DNA from: an uncultured virus (IMG/VR IMGVR_UViG_3300028393_000047)
Lineage: Duplodnaviria > Heunggongvirae > Uroviricota > Caudoviricetes
Length of the DNA stretch: 64,000 nucleotides
Virus record (IMG/VR): IMGVR_UViG_3300028393_000047
Reading direction: 5' to 3' (one strand)
Positions 48,136 through 57,680 of this stretch are shown piece by piece. A program made the position numbers and the translations under genes. How positions within the stretch are numbered: the stretch's first letter is position 1; each line of letters opens with the position of its first letter. The notes below the pieces were generated by a model. That model was not told the DNA's origin, ran no database searches, and was given only the letters and a program-made list of their open reading frames with translations.

Positions 48136-48427
48136 GATCATAGACTTGTTACGAGAAGAAAACAATCCAAACATTTCACTACGAACGTTTGTTGTGGGTG
48201 GTGGATGTTCTGGATTCAATTACGGATTTACAATGGACGAAGTTAAGAATGATGATGATTTTGAATTTCCTCTAGACGAATTTAGAGTTTTAATTGATGC
48301 AATGAGTATGCAATATTTACAAGATGCAAACATAGACTACAAAGATGAGTTTATGCGAAAAGAATTTGTAATTACTAATCCAAATGCAAAACACACTTGC
48401 GGTTGTGGCAGTAGTTTTAGTGTATAA
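48104..48427 (+). CDS. erpA: A-type Fe-S carrier (ErpA/IscA family)
   Basis: GGGCSGFNYGF...NPNA...CGCGSSF. Confidence 0.88.
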   Translation: MITITDVAKSKIIDLLREENNPNISLRTFVVGGGCSGFNYGFTMDEVKNDDDFEFPLDEFRVLIDAMSMQYLQDANIDYKDEFMRKEFVITNPNAKHTCGCGSSFSV

Positions 48428-48449
48428 TAATTAAAAGAAGGAGAGTAAT

Positions 48450-49508
48450 GTGGCTAAATTAAATGAAGGTGATGTTATTGAGGGAATTTTTACTATTGCC
48501 TTGTCTCTATATCTTGCATATGGAAAAGTTGATAAGAATGAATTGAATAAAATTCGTACTAAAATTGACACCAAAATATTTAGTACTGGAAGATTTAAAT
48601 ATTCCGTAGTTGAAAATCACATGAGGCAGAAGGGCCAAAACCCTCCAGACTTTTTTAATGTTGGATTTGAAATGCGTTTGAAGCCAGAGTCCGTTGTTGG
48701 AGCATTCGACAAAGAATATGAAGTCCTGTATAAATCATCTAAAGACATTGGTAATATTAATAAAAAAATTGACAAACTTATCGAAGCCACAACTACAGCA
48801 AACTTTGTTAAAAGAGCCGCTGGTGCTGTAAATTACTTTTTAGATAATAATTATGGAGAAGTGGTTACATTTATGGTAATATCAGATGGTATTGCTGGAG
48901 AGGCTAGCGGAGGAGAACTTAAGGGCGATGTTACATTAGAAGTACATGCAGTTAGAAAAGGTTCCACTAAAAAACTAATTGCTGGATCATTACCATTTTC
49001 ATTAAAATCAGAAAGTGTTACTGTAGCAAATTTATCTCCGTATAACGGCATGTTAGACATAGCAGACGCATTGGGTATAAAATGGACAGCCAAAGAAGAT
49101 TACGTTAGATTATCAAAACCATTTTTCGGTCCCGTAGAACAAAAAGCAAAGTTTGAATTGATAACATCTCTGTATAATGATTTAAAAACAGAAATCATAA
49201 AAGAATCTAATAAACCTCAGTTCACAAAAAATGCCTTGGACTTTTTATCTAAGAGTATTTTTGGTTCTGATTTGTCTGACGTAGTTGATGTTAATTCCTC
49301 AGGGTTGAAAGAAATTACCGTAGAGTATTTTAATAATTTAAGAAAAACGGTTCAGCTAACCGCAGTATCAAATGGAAATAATTTAGTATTTAAAGACAAA
49401 AAAACTGATGTTCCTATATTTCAAATTCGAACGAAATTGAGACCACCTCCAGCAAATGAAGCTAAATTTTATTTGGAAGTCGGCAAAGGCATTTATGCAC
49501 CACATTAA
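48450..49508 (+). CDS. Hypothetical protein, possible PD-(D/E)xK nuclease fold
   Basis: GGAG RBS; NEGDVIEG...KGDV...FSLK pattern (weak). Confidence 0.45.
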   Translation: MAKLNEGDVIEGIFTIALSLYLAYGKVDKNELNKIRTKIDTKIFSTGRFKYSVVENHMRQKGQNPPDFFNVGFEMRLKPESVVGAFDKEYEVLYKSSKDIGNINKKIDKLIEATTTANFVKRAAGAVNYFLDNNYGEVVTFMVISDGIAGEASGGELKGDVTLEVHAVRKGSTKKLIAGSLPFSLKSESVTVANLSPYNGMLDIADALGIKWTAKEDYVRLSKPFFGPVEQKAKFELITSLYNDLKTEIIKESNKPQFTKNALDFLSKSIFGSDLSDVVDVNSSGLKEITVEYFNNLRKTVQLTAVSNGNNLVFKDKKTDVPIFQIRTKLRPPPANEAKFYLEVGKGIYAPH

Positions 49509-49526
49509 AATGTAATTTGATATTAT

Positions 49527-49534
49527 TATAAATA
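49527..49534 (+). promoter_or_regulatory. Late promoter TATAAATA
   Basis: Exact consensus upstream of the 960-aa ORF. Confidence 0.8.
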
Positions 49535-49543
49535 AACTATAAC

Positions 49544-49591
49544 GCAGTTAGGCTAAGGCAAACCTGTACAGATAAGTCTACGGAAAACTCT
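49544..49591 (+). ncRNA. Candidate tandem-hairpin cis-regulatory RNA
   Basis: Two units 25 nt apart with identical architecture and compensatory changes. Confidence 0.5.
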
Positions 49592-49598
49592 ATTACAC

Positions 49599-52481
49599 AT
49601 GAAATCGTTTAAAGAATCAATATTGCTTGATGAAGCAAAAGCCAAGGGCAAAGTAATTGTCGTATACGGTGGTGGCTTTCAGCCATTTCACGCCGGTCAT
49701 TTGAGTAGTTACACTCAAGCCAAACAAAAATTCCACACTCCAGACTTTTATGTTGCATCTAGCAATGACACAAAAGTCCGCCCAATCCCATTCAAAGACA
49801 AAGAATTCCTAGCACAACAAGCAGGAGTTACAGACGATTTCGTTCAAACAGTTTCGCCTATTAATCCAGAAGAGATTATGAAGAAGTATGACGAAAAGAA
49901 AGATGTTCTCATTCTTATTCGTTCTGAACGTGATCCCATGAAGTACACAAAGAAAGATGGTTCACCAGCATACTATCAACCATTTGTCAGCATTGATAAG
50001 TGTGAATCATTTGAGACACACGCATATATTTTTGTGACTAAGAAACATGACTTTAAAGTTAATGGCAAAGAAGCATTCTCTGGTAGTCAAGTTAGAAAAA
50101 TGTATTCAGACGCAGACTCAGAAGGTAGAGATAAAATCATTGATGATTTATATCCAAAAGCTAAAAACAAAGCTAAGGTGAAAAAACTTTTAGACAAATA
50201 CATAGGCGGTGGCATGAACGAAGAAATAGAACAACAAGACGAAGCGGTATTAAGTTTCTCTGCACGTAGACAGAGAGCGCAACAGTTACGTAGAATGTCA
50301 AAACGCATTCAACGTGCTAGAGCATTGCAAATGAAAAGATTTGCAGATACAAAACATTTAAAAGGTCGTGCCACTAAAATGGCATACAAGTTCTTTAGAT
50401 CAAGACTTGCTGGTGGTAAAAACTATGCAGACTTAAGTACTGGAGAGAAAATTGCAGTTGATAAGAGATTACAAAAATCTTTACCTGCTATTAAAAAACT
50501 TGCAGTTCGTTTATTTCCAAAAGCAAGATCCGCTGAAGTTGTACGTAAAGCAACCATGATGATGAACAAAGAAGATATCAATCATATCTTTGCAGAATTC
50601 ATTATCGAAAAACCAATTCTACCACAAGACAAAGATGTTGCAAAGAAAGACGGAACACAACCTAAGAAGTATTATGTTGGTTTAGACAAAGATACAAAAG
50701 ACGCTAGAGCATCACACTTTGCGACAAATGGACCGAAATCGGATTCAGATAAGAGCGCATACAAAGATGCACCTGGAGATAAAGAGGCTAGAGAAAAAGG
50801 TTTACCACAATCTAAATTTACAAAAAAATTCAAACAGATGTATGGTGAAGGCGTAAAAACTCCAGAGCAAAGAAAAGAAGTTTCTAGATTAGACCAATTG
50901 GTTCGTTTGGGATTAGCAGACACTAAATCTCTTGCAGTTATCAAACGTTCTGTTGATAAATTAAAATCTGGTGACATGTTAAGTCCCTCAGAGCGCAATG
51001 TCACAAATGATTTGTTGACAACGCTACTTGATATGGTAACTTCAAGCGATGCATTGTTTAGAATGACAAAGACACAGTTGCAAAAAGAGGCTGTGGACGA
51101 TAGATTTAAAAAGTACATTATTCCTGCAACAAAAACAACACCAAAAATAGAAAAGATTTCAATGCCTGCTGGAAGAACGACAGACCACATTGAGTGGAAA
51201 GTAACTGGTTCTGTTGCAAGTCAGACTAAGACATTTAAAAGCAAAAGAGAAGCAGAAGCATATTTCAATACTGTAAAAGAGTCTATTGATGAAGCCGCAT
51301 ACAAAGGCAACATTGGCATGATGGAAATGATGAAGTTCTTTGAAGTTGCAACAAAAGAAGAAAAAGAAAAACTTAAAAAACTTATTGCAGATAAAAATCA
51401 ATCTGCCGCTTGGAAATTAATTCAAGACGTTACTGGCATGAAACTTGTCGGTATGAATGAAGACAATGAATATGATGATGAATATGATGATTCCGCAGAG
51501 ATGGATGGAATCTCTATGGCACAAATTCAATTGTCTAACATTATTGATGATGCAGAAGATTTAATCCAACAGTTAGATGACATGGATGAAGAGCCTGATG
51601 AGTGGGTTTTATCTAAGATTACTAAAGCAGAAGATTACATTGCTACAGTTCGTGACTATCTAGAATTTGATGATAATTTTGAGATTGATGATAATGGTGA
51701 AGAAGATGATGGCGAGTTTTCTGGTGCAGAAATGGATATGCATCTAAGTCAAATGCAACCAGATGAGTTTGGTGATGCATACGAAGAATTCAAACCAATC
51801 TTAGAAGAAATCGAAGGATTGAAAAAGAAAGCAGAAAAATCTGGTATACCATATAGCATTCTAAAAGCAGTATATAATCGTGGCATGGCGGCATGGCAAG
51901 GTGGCCATCGTCCTGGAACAACATCACAACAATGGGCATTCGCTAGAGTGAATTCTTTTATCACAAAAGGTAAAGGAACATGGGGTGGTGCGGATAGTGA
52001 TCTAGCATCTAAGGTTAACAAGAATGAAGCGTTTTCTAAATTTGCTGAAGCATTAGAATGGGGTACAGATGCGATGCGTAAAGCATATGCCTCAGATACT
52101 CCAGGTCAACCTACAGAAATTCAAACAGCAGATCATCAATCTTGTTGCGGTGATTGCGAAAAAGATTCAATTGGAGAAGAAGTTGATTGGGAACAAGTTG
52201 TCAATGAAGCAGAATATCAAGGTAAATCTGTTAAGTTAAATGATCCATTCAGAACACCTGATGGTCCAAAGAAGTTTGGTGTATACACTATGGGACCAAA
52301 TGGTAAAGTTGTTGTCGTTCGTTTTGGTGATCCTAATATGGAAATCAAACGTGACGATCCTGAAAGATTAAAAAGTTATCGTGCTAGACACGGTTGCGAC
52401 AATCCTGGACCAAAGTGGAAAGCAAACTACTGGTCTTGCCAAATGTGGCGTTCAGACAAAAGCGTAAGCGAATTAGATTAA
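49599..52481 (+). CDS. Multi-module late protein with N-terminal HIGH-family nucleotidyltransferase (cytidyltransferase-like) domain
   Basis: GGGFQPFHAGH and SGSQVR motifs; later modules (VYNRGMAAW...QQWAFARVNSF; RFGDPNM...RARHGC...YWSC) separated by Glu-rich linkers. Confidence 0.75.
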   Translation: MKSFKESILLDEAKAKGKVIVVYGGGFQPFHAGHLSSYTQAKQKFHTPDFYVASSNDTKVRPIPFKDKEFLAQQAGVTDDFVQTVSPINPEEIMKKYDEKKDVLILIRSERDPMKYTKKDGSPAYYQPFVSIDKCESFETHAYIFVTKKHDFKVNGKEAFSGSQVRKMYSDADSEGRDKIIDDLYPKAKNKAKVKKLLDKYIGGGMNEEIEQQDEAVLSFSARRQRAQQLRRMSKRIQRARALQMKRFADTKHLKGRATKMAYKFFRSRLAGGKNYADLSTGEKIAVDKRLQKSLPAIKKLAVRLFPKARSAEVVRKATMMMNKEDINHIFAEFIIEKPILPQDKDVAKKDGTQPKKYYVGLDKDTKDARASHFATNGPKSDSDKSAYKDAPGDKEAREKGLPQSKFTKKFKQMYGEGVKTPEQRKEVSRLDQLVRLGLADTKSLAVIKRSVDKLKSGDMLSPSERNVTNDLLTTLLDMVTSSDALFRMTKTQLQKEAVDDRFKKYIIPATKTTPKIEKISMPAGRTTDHIEWKVTGSVASQTKTFKSKREAEAYFNTVKESIDEAAYKGNIGMMEMMKFFEVATKEEKEKLKKLIADKNQSAAWKLIQDVTGMKLVGMNEDNEYDDEYDDSAEMDGISMAQIQLSNIIDDAEDLIQQLDDMDEEPDEWVLSKITKAEDYIATVRDYLEFDDNFEIDDNGEEDDGEFSGAEMDMHLSQMQPDEFGDAYEEFKPILEEIEGLKKKAEKSGIPYSILKAVYNRGMAAWQGGHRPGTTSQQWAFARVNSFITKGKGTWGGADSDLASKVNKNEAFSKFAEALEWGTDAMRKAYASDTPGQPTEIQTADHQSCCGDCEKDSIGEEVDWEQVVNEAEYQGKSVKLNDPFRTPDGPKKFGVYTMGPNGKVVVVRFGDPNMEIKRDDPERLKSYRARHGCDNPGPKWKANYWSCQMWRSDKSVSELD

Positions 52482-52494
52482 AGTGGAGATACGC

Positions 52495-54330
52495 ATGAAA
52501 AATATAGAAGAAGCAAAAGTTGGATCAGGTACAGCGATTGCAGATAAAACTGCTGAAAAACGTGCCCAATTATCATTGAAAATGATTCAGTTACGTATGA
52601 AACAAGATAAAGAACGTCAAGCACTTTCAGCACAAAAAAAATCTTTACAGAAGGAAGAAACAATGACAGAATCATTTAGCGCATCTCAAATTGCCGCTTT
52701 GAAAGCAGAGTACTCTAAGATTAATACAATCGATCCGGATAGCGACACATACAAGAAATTAATTGCTATGCTTGATAAATTAGATTTAAAATCTTTAAAA
52801 TCTCTTGCTGATGCAAATGTAAAATTTGTATCTAAACTTGCACAGAATCGTGTTATGAGAAAGAGCATGAAAAAAGAAGAAGTGCAAATTGATGAGTTGT
52901 CAACCGACAAACTAGCAGACTACAAAAAGAAAGCTGGCGCTGATGCATCAGCCGCAGACAAAGCAGGCGATATCAAAAAAGGTAACAAGCGTTTCTCTGG
53001 CATTATCAAAGCAACTAGAAAGCAATTTGACAATGATGCTAAGAAAACAAATGAAGAATTAGATATTGAATTGGCTGAAGTTCTTGCTAAAGATGCAACC
53101 GCCGGTGATTTTATTCACGATTTTGTACACTCTGATAATCCTAAGTTTGCTGGTAAGTCTAAAGAGATGAGAAAGAAAATGGCTCTTGCCGCATACTATG
53201 CAAAACGAAAGAATGAAGAGTTGTCACCAAAACAAAAAGCATTAGATAAAAATAAGAACGGCAAGATTGATGGTTCTGATTTAGCAAAGTTGCGTGGTGA
53301 AGAATTATCACCAAAACAAAAAGCACTTGACAAGAACAAGAACGGCAAGATTGATGGCTTTGACTTAGCCGCAATTCGCAATAAAAAGAAACCACAAGGT
53401 GCTGACTTTGCCGCACAAAGACGTAAAGAAAGACTTGCATCTAATGGGCGTATGGATGAAGCAAAATCTGACTACGAAGTTTATCATAAAGATTATTCCA
53501 CAGCAGTACAGACAGCAATCAAACAAGCAGAGAAGCGTGGCTTTGAAGTAGACATGGACGATTGGCACGATAAAGTTGCTACTGGTCCTAAGAAACCATC
53601 TGCTGGTAAAACAAATTCATTCTCTGTCAATCTAATGAAAGATGGCAAAGAATCTAAAAAGAAATTACACCTTCAAGTGTACAATATGGACAATCACAAG
53701 TATGAGTTGAACATGTACATCGAAGAGATTCAGTTAGACGAATTGAACAAAGACACATTGCACTCTTATGCTAAGAAATCTGAAAAAGATCAGGGCGATC
53801 AGTTCAACAAGATTGGTAAAGGAATTAGAGACAACGATCCAAAGTCTGCAAATAAAGCGGGACACAAATTTTCAATGAGAAGCATTGGACAAGACAGAGC
53901 AGAAAAGCGTTTGGCTAAAGAAGCGGCATCACCAGCACAGCAAGCGGCTATCGCTATCGCAATGAAGAAGGCTGGTAAGAAACCAAAAATGTCTGAAAGC
54001 ATCATAGCCACTATTAAAGACAAACTTAATAAACTCAAACGTGGTAATGAAGCACAACAAAAAGCAGACGATCATTTTGACAAAGCAGGTGATCCAAAGA
54101 ATGCAAACGCAAGCAAAGACTTGAAGAAAGCAGTTCGCTATCACAATCTTCTAAACAAAGAACAAACTGAAATTGTAACTGAAGCTAAAAAGAAGTCATG
54201 GAAAGACATGAGAAAAAAAACAAAGAATGAAGAAGCACCTAACAAGGCTACAGTTCAAAAAGGCGATCAATTGACAGGTAAAAGAGAACCAATTGAAATC
54301 AATCCTGAATTGAAAGATACGGCAAAATAA
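52495..54330 (+). CDS. Multi-module Lys/Glu-rich putative internal head protein
   Basis: Basic modules delimited by IDE/NEE/LDE/TE sites; two EF-hand-like repeats; GGAG RBS. Confidence 0.65.
   Translation: MKNIEEAKVGSGTAIADKTAEKRAQLSLKMIQLRMKQDKERQALSAQKKSLQKEETMTESFSASQIAALKAEYSKINTIDPDSDTYKKLIAMLDKLDLKSLKSLADANVKFVSKLAQNRVMRKSMKKEEVQIDELSTDKLADYKKKAGADASAADKAGDIKKGNKRFSGIIKATRKQFDNDAKKTNEELDIELAEVLAKDATAGDFIHDFVHSDNPKFAGKSKEMRKKMALAAYYAKRKNEELSPKQKALDKNKNGKIDGSDLAKLRGEELSPKQKALDKNKNGKIDGFDLAAIRNKKKPQGADFAAQRRKERLASNGRMDEAKSDYEVYHKDYSTAVQTAIKQAEKRGFEVDMDDWHDKVATGPKKPSAGKTNSFSVNLMKDGKESKKKLHLQVYNMDNHKYELNMYIEEIQLDELNKDTLHSYAKKSEKDQGDQFNKIGKGIRDNDPKSANKAGHKFSMRSIGQDRAEKRLAKEAASPAQQAAIAIAMKKAGKKPKMSESIIATIKDKLNKLKRGNEAQQKADDHFDKAGDPKNANASKDLKKAVRYHNLLNKEQTEIVTEAKKKSWKDMRKKTKNEEAPNKATVQKGDQLTGKREPIEINPELKDTAK
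53215..53379 (+). repeat. 84-bp tandem duplication (EELSPKQKALDKNKNGKIDGxDLA x2)
   Basis: Direct repeat with synonymous divergence. Confidence 0.9.
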
Positions 54331-54331
54331 A

Positions 54332-54826
54332 ATGAATAACGAATTGCCACAAATTTATTGTGACATGGACCAAGTGCTAGTCAACTTTATGGGCGGCGCA
54401 AATAAAGTATTAATGGCAAAAGGTCTACAGCCTTTTCAGCAAGGAGAAAAAGATGTCAAATGGGAAGCACTACGTTCAGTACCAAAGTTTTGGGCTAACT
54501 TAGAGCCTATGTCTGACGCTATGATGTTATGGAGATACATCAAGCCTCATCAGCCTTACATATTGTCTACGCCTTCTAAGCGTATGGCTACTTGTAAACC
54601 AGAAAAACTTGAATGGATTAGAAAACATTTAGGTAATGTAGAGCATGTTTATCTTGTTCCAAGAGAAGAAAAACAAAAATTCGCTGTAACTAGCGATGGA
54701 ACCCCTAATCTTTTAATAGATGACTATGAAAAAAACATAAAAGAGTGGGTTGCGAAGGGCGGAATAGGAATAAGACATATAAATAGTATTAACACTATTT
54801 CACAATTACGAAAAATCGGATATTAA
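54332..54826 (+). CDS. HAD-family 5'(3')-deoxyribonucleotidase-like protein
   Basis: IYCDMDQVLVNF, ILST, KLEW, LLIDD. Confidence 0.8.
   Translation: MNNELPQIYCDMDQVLVNFMGGANKVLMAKGLQPFQQGEKDVKWEALRSVPKFWANLEPMSDAMMLWRYIKPHQPYILSTPSKRMATCKPEKLEWIRKHLGNVEHVYLVPREEKQKFAVTSDGTPNLLIDDYEKNIKEWVAKGGIGIRHINSINTISQLRKIGY
54778..54785 (+). promoter_or_regulatory. Late promoter TATAAATA
   Basis: Exact consensus upstream of the 54842 ORF. Confidence 0.7.
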
Positions 54827-54841
54827 TTAAAGGAGAACACC

Positions 54842-55642
54842 ATGGCACTATGGGGAAGCAGAGATACATTCGCAGTAACAGGAACTGCATTTGCAAACAG
54901 TACTGTTAACACTACAATATTAACAGGCACATCAACCGTGTTTACAACAGAACTAGATGTTGGTGACACATTTGTTCTTGCTGGAACAAGACGCAAAATT
55001 GTTGGAATCACAAGCAATACAGTATTGACTTTTGAACCAGCATGGACTGCGGCTAACGTTGCAGGCACAGTTACTGGACAAGACACACCAAAGTGGTTAG
55101 CCGCTAACAGCGCAACTGTTCAAAGTTCACAAGTTTCAAATACCGCATACACATTTGGTGTTGACACAAACGAAGCAACAGCTTACAACGAAATACCAGG
55201 TTGGAAGTTTACAAACACGTATACTGACATGCATGGTAACAGCCGTAGAAAAACTGAAACTCTAGTTTCAATGGGATCCATTACTGGTGACGCAGAAGAT
55301 GCAATATTCGGTGATAGCTTTATCACAATCACCACACAACCAAGTGCTAATAGCGCCGCTAATAACTCAGCCGCTACATTCACAATTGTTGCAAGCATTC
55401 GTCCAGTTGGCAATACGATCAACTATCGTTGGCAACGTGCCGCAAATTCAAATGCGGCATTCGTGGACTTGACAAACGCTGGTACATACAGCAATACAAC
55501 AAATACAACATTGACGATTGCAAACAATACAATTGCGGCTGGTGGTGGTGGACTTTCAAATTCACTCTACCGTGTCACAATGTCTTCTACTGGAATTTCA
55601 GCGAATGTCGTGTCTGCAAACGCAACATTGACAACAGTTTAA
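54842..55642 (+). CDS. Virion structural protein with C-terminal Ig-like domain
   Basis: MALWG start; ITITTQP...YRWQ...TLTI...YRV...SANATLT Ig pattern. Confidence 0.7.
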   Translation: MALWGSRDTFAVTGTAFANSTVNTTILTGTSTVFTTELDVGDTFVLAGTRRKIVGITSNTVLTFEPAWTAANVAGTVTGQDTPKWLAANSATVQSSQVSNTAYTFGVDTNEATAYNEIPGWKFTNTYTDMHGNSRRKTETLVSMGSITGDAEDAIFGDSFITITTQPSANSAANNSAATFTIVASIRPVGNTINYRWQRAANSNAAFVDLTNAGTYSNTTNTTLTIANNTIAAGGGGLSNSLYRVTMSSTGISANVVSANATLTTV

Positions 55643-55650
55643 TCTTATAT

Positions 55651-55680
55651 GGGGTGATGGGTAAAACCATTGCCCCTTTT
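55651..55680 (+). terminator. Rho-independent terminator
   Basis: GGGGTGATGG-gtaaaa-CCATTGCCCC-TTTT. Confidence 0.75.
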
Positions 55681-55737
55681 GGTCCGAGTCCCGGAAGTAG
55701 CATTCCCATTCAATTGGGTTTACATTAAGGAAGAAAA

Positions 55738-56274
55738 ATGGCAGATAAAAAAGTAACGCAGTTAACAGCATTAACTGTAGCAACAAAAGAAGATTTATTA
55801 TTAGTTATTGATGATCCATTGGGTTCACCAGTAAGCAAAAAAATTACTGTAGACAATTTCTTTGGCGCAACTTCAACAGTCAGCGTCAACGCAATTAGCA
55901 TTAGCGCATCAGGCACAAGCACACTCTCAGCTAATACATTTGCAATCAATTCAGTAAACGGACTTACAGTCAATACTGGTATCACTATCAATAGTAGTGG
56001 TTCTGCATCCGATACACGAATTTCATCTGACAATCAGGCAAACATGTTTTATGTTAATGCTACTACAGATAAAATTGGTCTCTTAACAAATGCACCAACA
56101 GAAGTATTCGACATTAATTCTGATGCAGTCCGTTTGCGTACCGCTAGAACACCAGCAAGTTCAAACAATACAGCAGTTGGTTGGGGAGTAGGTACAATTG
56201 CTTGGGATGCAAATTATCTTTACATTGCGGCAAATACGACACATATTAAGCGAGTGGCACTAAGCACGTTCTAA
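55738..56274 (+). CDS. Putative fibre/structural protein
   Basis: [13 protein letters not shown]-terminus; C-terminal [12 protein letters not shown]...KRVALSTF fibre-tip-like motif. Confidence 0.65.
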   Translation: MADKKVTQLTALTVATKEDLLLVIDDPLGSPVSKKITVDNFFGATSTVSVNAISISASGTSTLSANTFAINSVNGLTVNTGITINSSGSASDTRISSDNQANMFYVNATTDKIGLLTNAPTEVFDINSDAVRLRTARTPASSNNTAVGWGVGTIAWDANYLYIAANTTHIKRVALSTF

Positions 56275-56630
56275 TGTCTACATTAAATGATGATAACTTT
56301 GATGAGTACGCAGTAAGCAACTACTTTAATCCTAATTGCATATCAGTTTTAGAGTTTTTAGATGATCTGAAAATTATCAAGTATATCAAAAGACTTATAA
56401 ACAAATATGTAGATAAGAGTGAGTTGAAAGAGAGATTGATTTTGAATCACATAATTTCTCTTTCAAATGTGTTTGGTGCTGAAGCGGCTGTCAATATGTT
56501 ACGGTTCAAGATAGATATAAAAAACCATGATGTATTGAATGCATTTTTAGTTTATCTTGAGTATGTTAAATTAGAAGACGTAAGAGTTTTAGATTTAGCA
56601 TTGTACAACAAATTAAAGAAGAGTATATAA
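56274..56630 (+). CDS. Conserved hypothetical protein
   Basis: EFLDDLK...KYIKRL...ERLILNHII...NVFG. Confidence 0.7.
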   Translation: MSTLNDDNFDEYAVSNYFNPNCISVLEFLDDLKIIKYIKRLINKYVDKSELKERLILNHIISLSNVFGAEAAVNMLRFKIDIKNHDVLNAFLVYLEYVKLEDVRVLDLALYNKLKKSI

Positions 56631-57671
56631 GTGGCAAATTTAGTAGACTTATACTTAGTGTATAGAATTTTAAGATTGTTTACTACTCCGTTCGGAGAGT
56701 GGGAAGCATACAAAACTGGTGTTATTGATGACGAAGGAAACATTGTCGTACCTTCAGATAAAAGAACAATAGCACAAGATGATTCATTCACTAAGTTTGA
56801 CTTATTGATTCTAAAACTTAAAAAAGTTTTGGAAAAATTGCCATTTGGTAAAACCAAACTTGCGTCCTATGCGGCCGCATTGTTCCTTCTCAAAGAAGAA
56901 AAGAACATTAAAGAAGAAACGTTAGAAGAACAATTCTTAGACTATTACAATGGCAAGACATATTTGTCTGAAGGCGTAGAAGAAGATGTTGCAAATGGAA
57001 CTAGTGGCATTGCAGGCTTAGATGGTAATCCTCCAGCAAGCAGAACATTCTTACGTAGATTCGCAAAGAATGATGTATTTGTTGTTGACACAGAGCGTTT
57101 TAACAAAGCACGTACAGGTAAAAAGAAATATCTTAAGTATGAAAAGTATGTTGGTAGTGATGAAGTTGGAAATGCAATACGAACCTACGGCAGAAAGTAT
57201 CCTAAGAAGCCAATCATTCTACAAGATGAAAAGACTGGCTCAATGATTTTCTTACGACATGGGCGTAGTGGAATGTTTACAGAACAATTTGAAAAAGAGC
57301 AATTAATTGAAGAAGTTTCTCAGGCGCAATTAAATGAATTAGAAAAATACCTAGATCAATTGTTCAAAGTGTTAAATGTTGATGTTGCATTCACTAAACA
57401 TTTTTTAGATAGAGTTAACGATTCACGCAATGGTAAACCTATCACAGTAGATGAATTGCAGTTGTTATTTAAAAAGACGATTCAAAAGTATGGTAAAAAG
57501 ATTCCCGCATTGGGACCTGATGCTGAAGCAGTATTGAATGACATGAAGACGCAAATCAATTTGCCATTTGTATTGAAGTGGGATAGAGATGCGGAAGAGT
57601 TAGATTTAGTAGCAAAGACAGTTATGCGTAAGAAAAACTTTATGACGCATAATCAGAAATTCACAGTATAA
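56631..57671 (+). CDS. Multi-module hypothetical protein
   Basis: YRILRLFTTPF...AYKTGVID N-module; C-module FTKHFLDRVND...AKTVMRK. Confidence 0.65.
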   Translation: MANLVDLYLVYRILRLFTTPFGEWEAYKTGVIDDEGNIVVPSDKRTIAQDDSFTKFDLLILKLKKVLEKLPFGKTKLASYAAALFLLKEEKNIKEETLEEQFLDYYNGKTYLSEGVEEDVANGTSGIAGLDGNPPASRTFLRRFAKNDVFVVDTERFNKARTGKKKYLKYEKYVGSDEVGNAIRTYGRKYPKKPIILQDEKTGSMIFLRHGRSGMFTEQFEKEQLIEEVSQAQLNELEKYLDQLFKVLNVDVAFTKHFLDRVNDSRNGKPITVDELQLLFKKTIQKYGKKIPALGPDAEAVLNDMKTQINLPFVLKWDRDAEELDLVAKTVMRKKNFMTHNQKFTV

Positions 57672-57680
57672 GGAAACAAT

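Noticed and set aside
49544..49591. Guanidine-II (mini-ykkC) riboswitch
   Set aside because: Loops are UAAG and UACG, not ACGR in both hairpins, and the downstream gene is not a guanidine exporter
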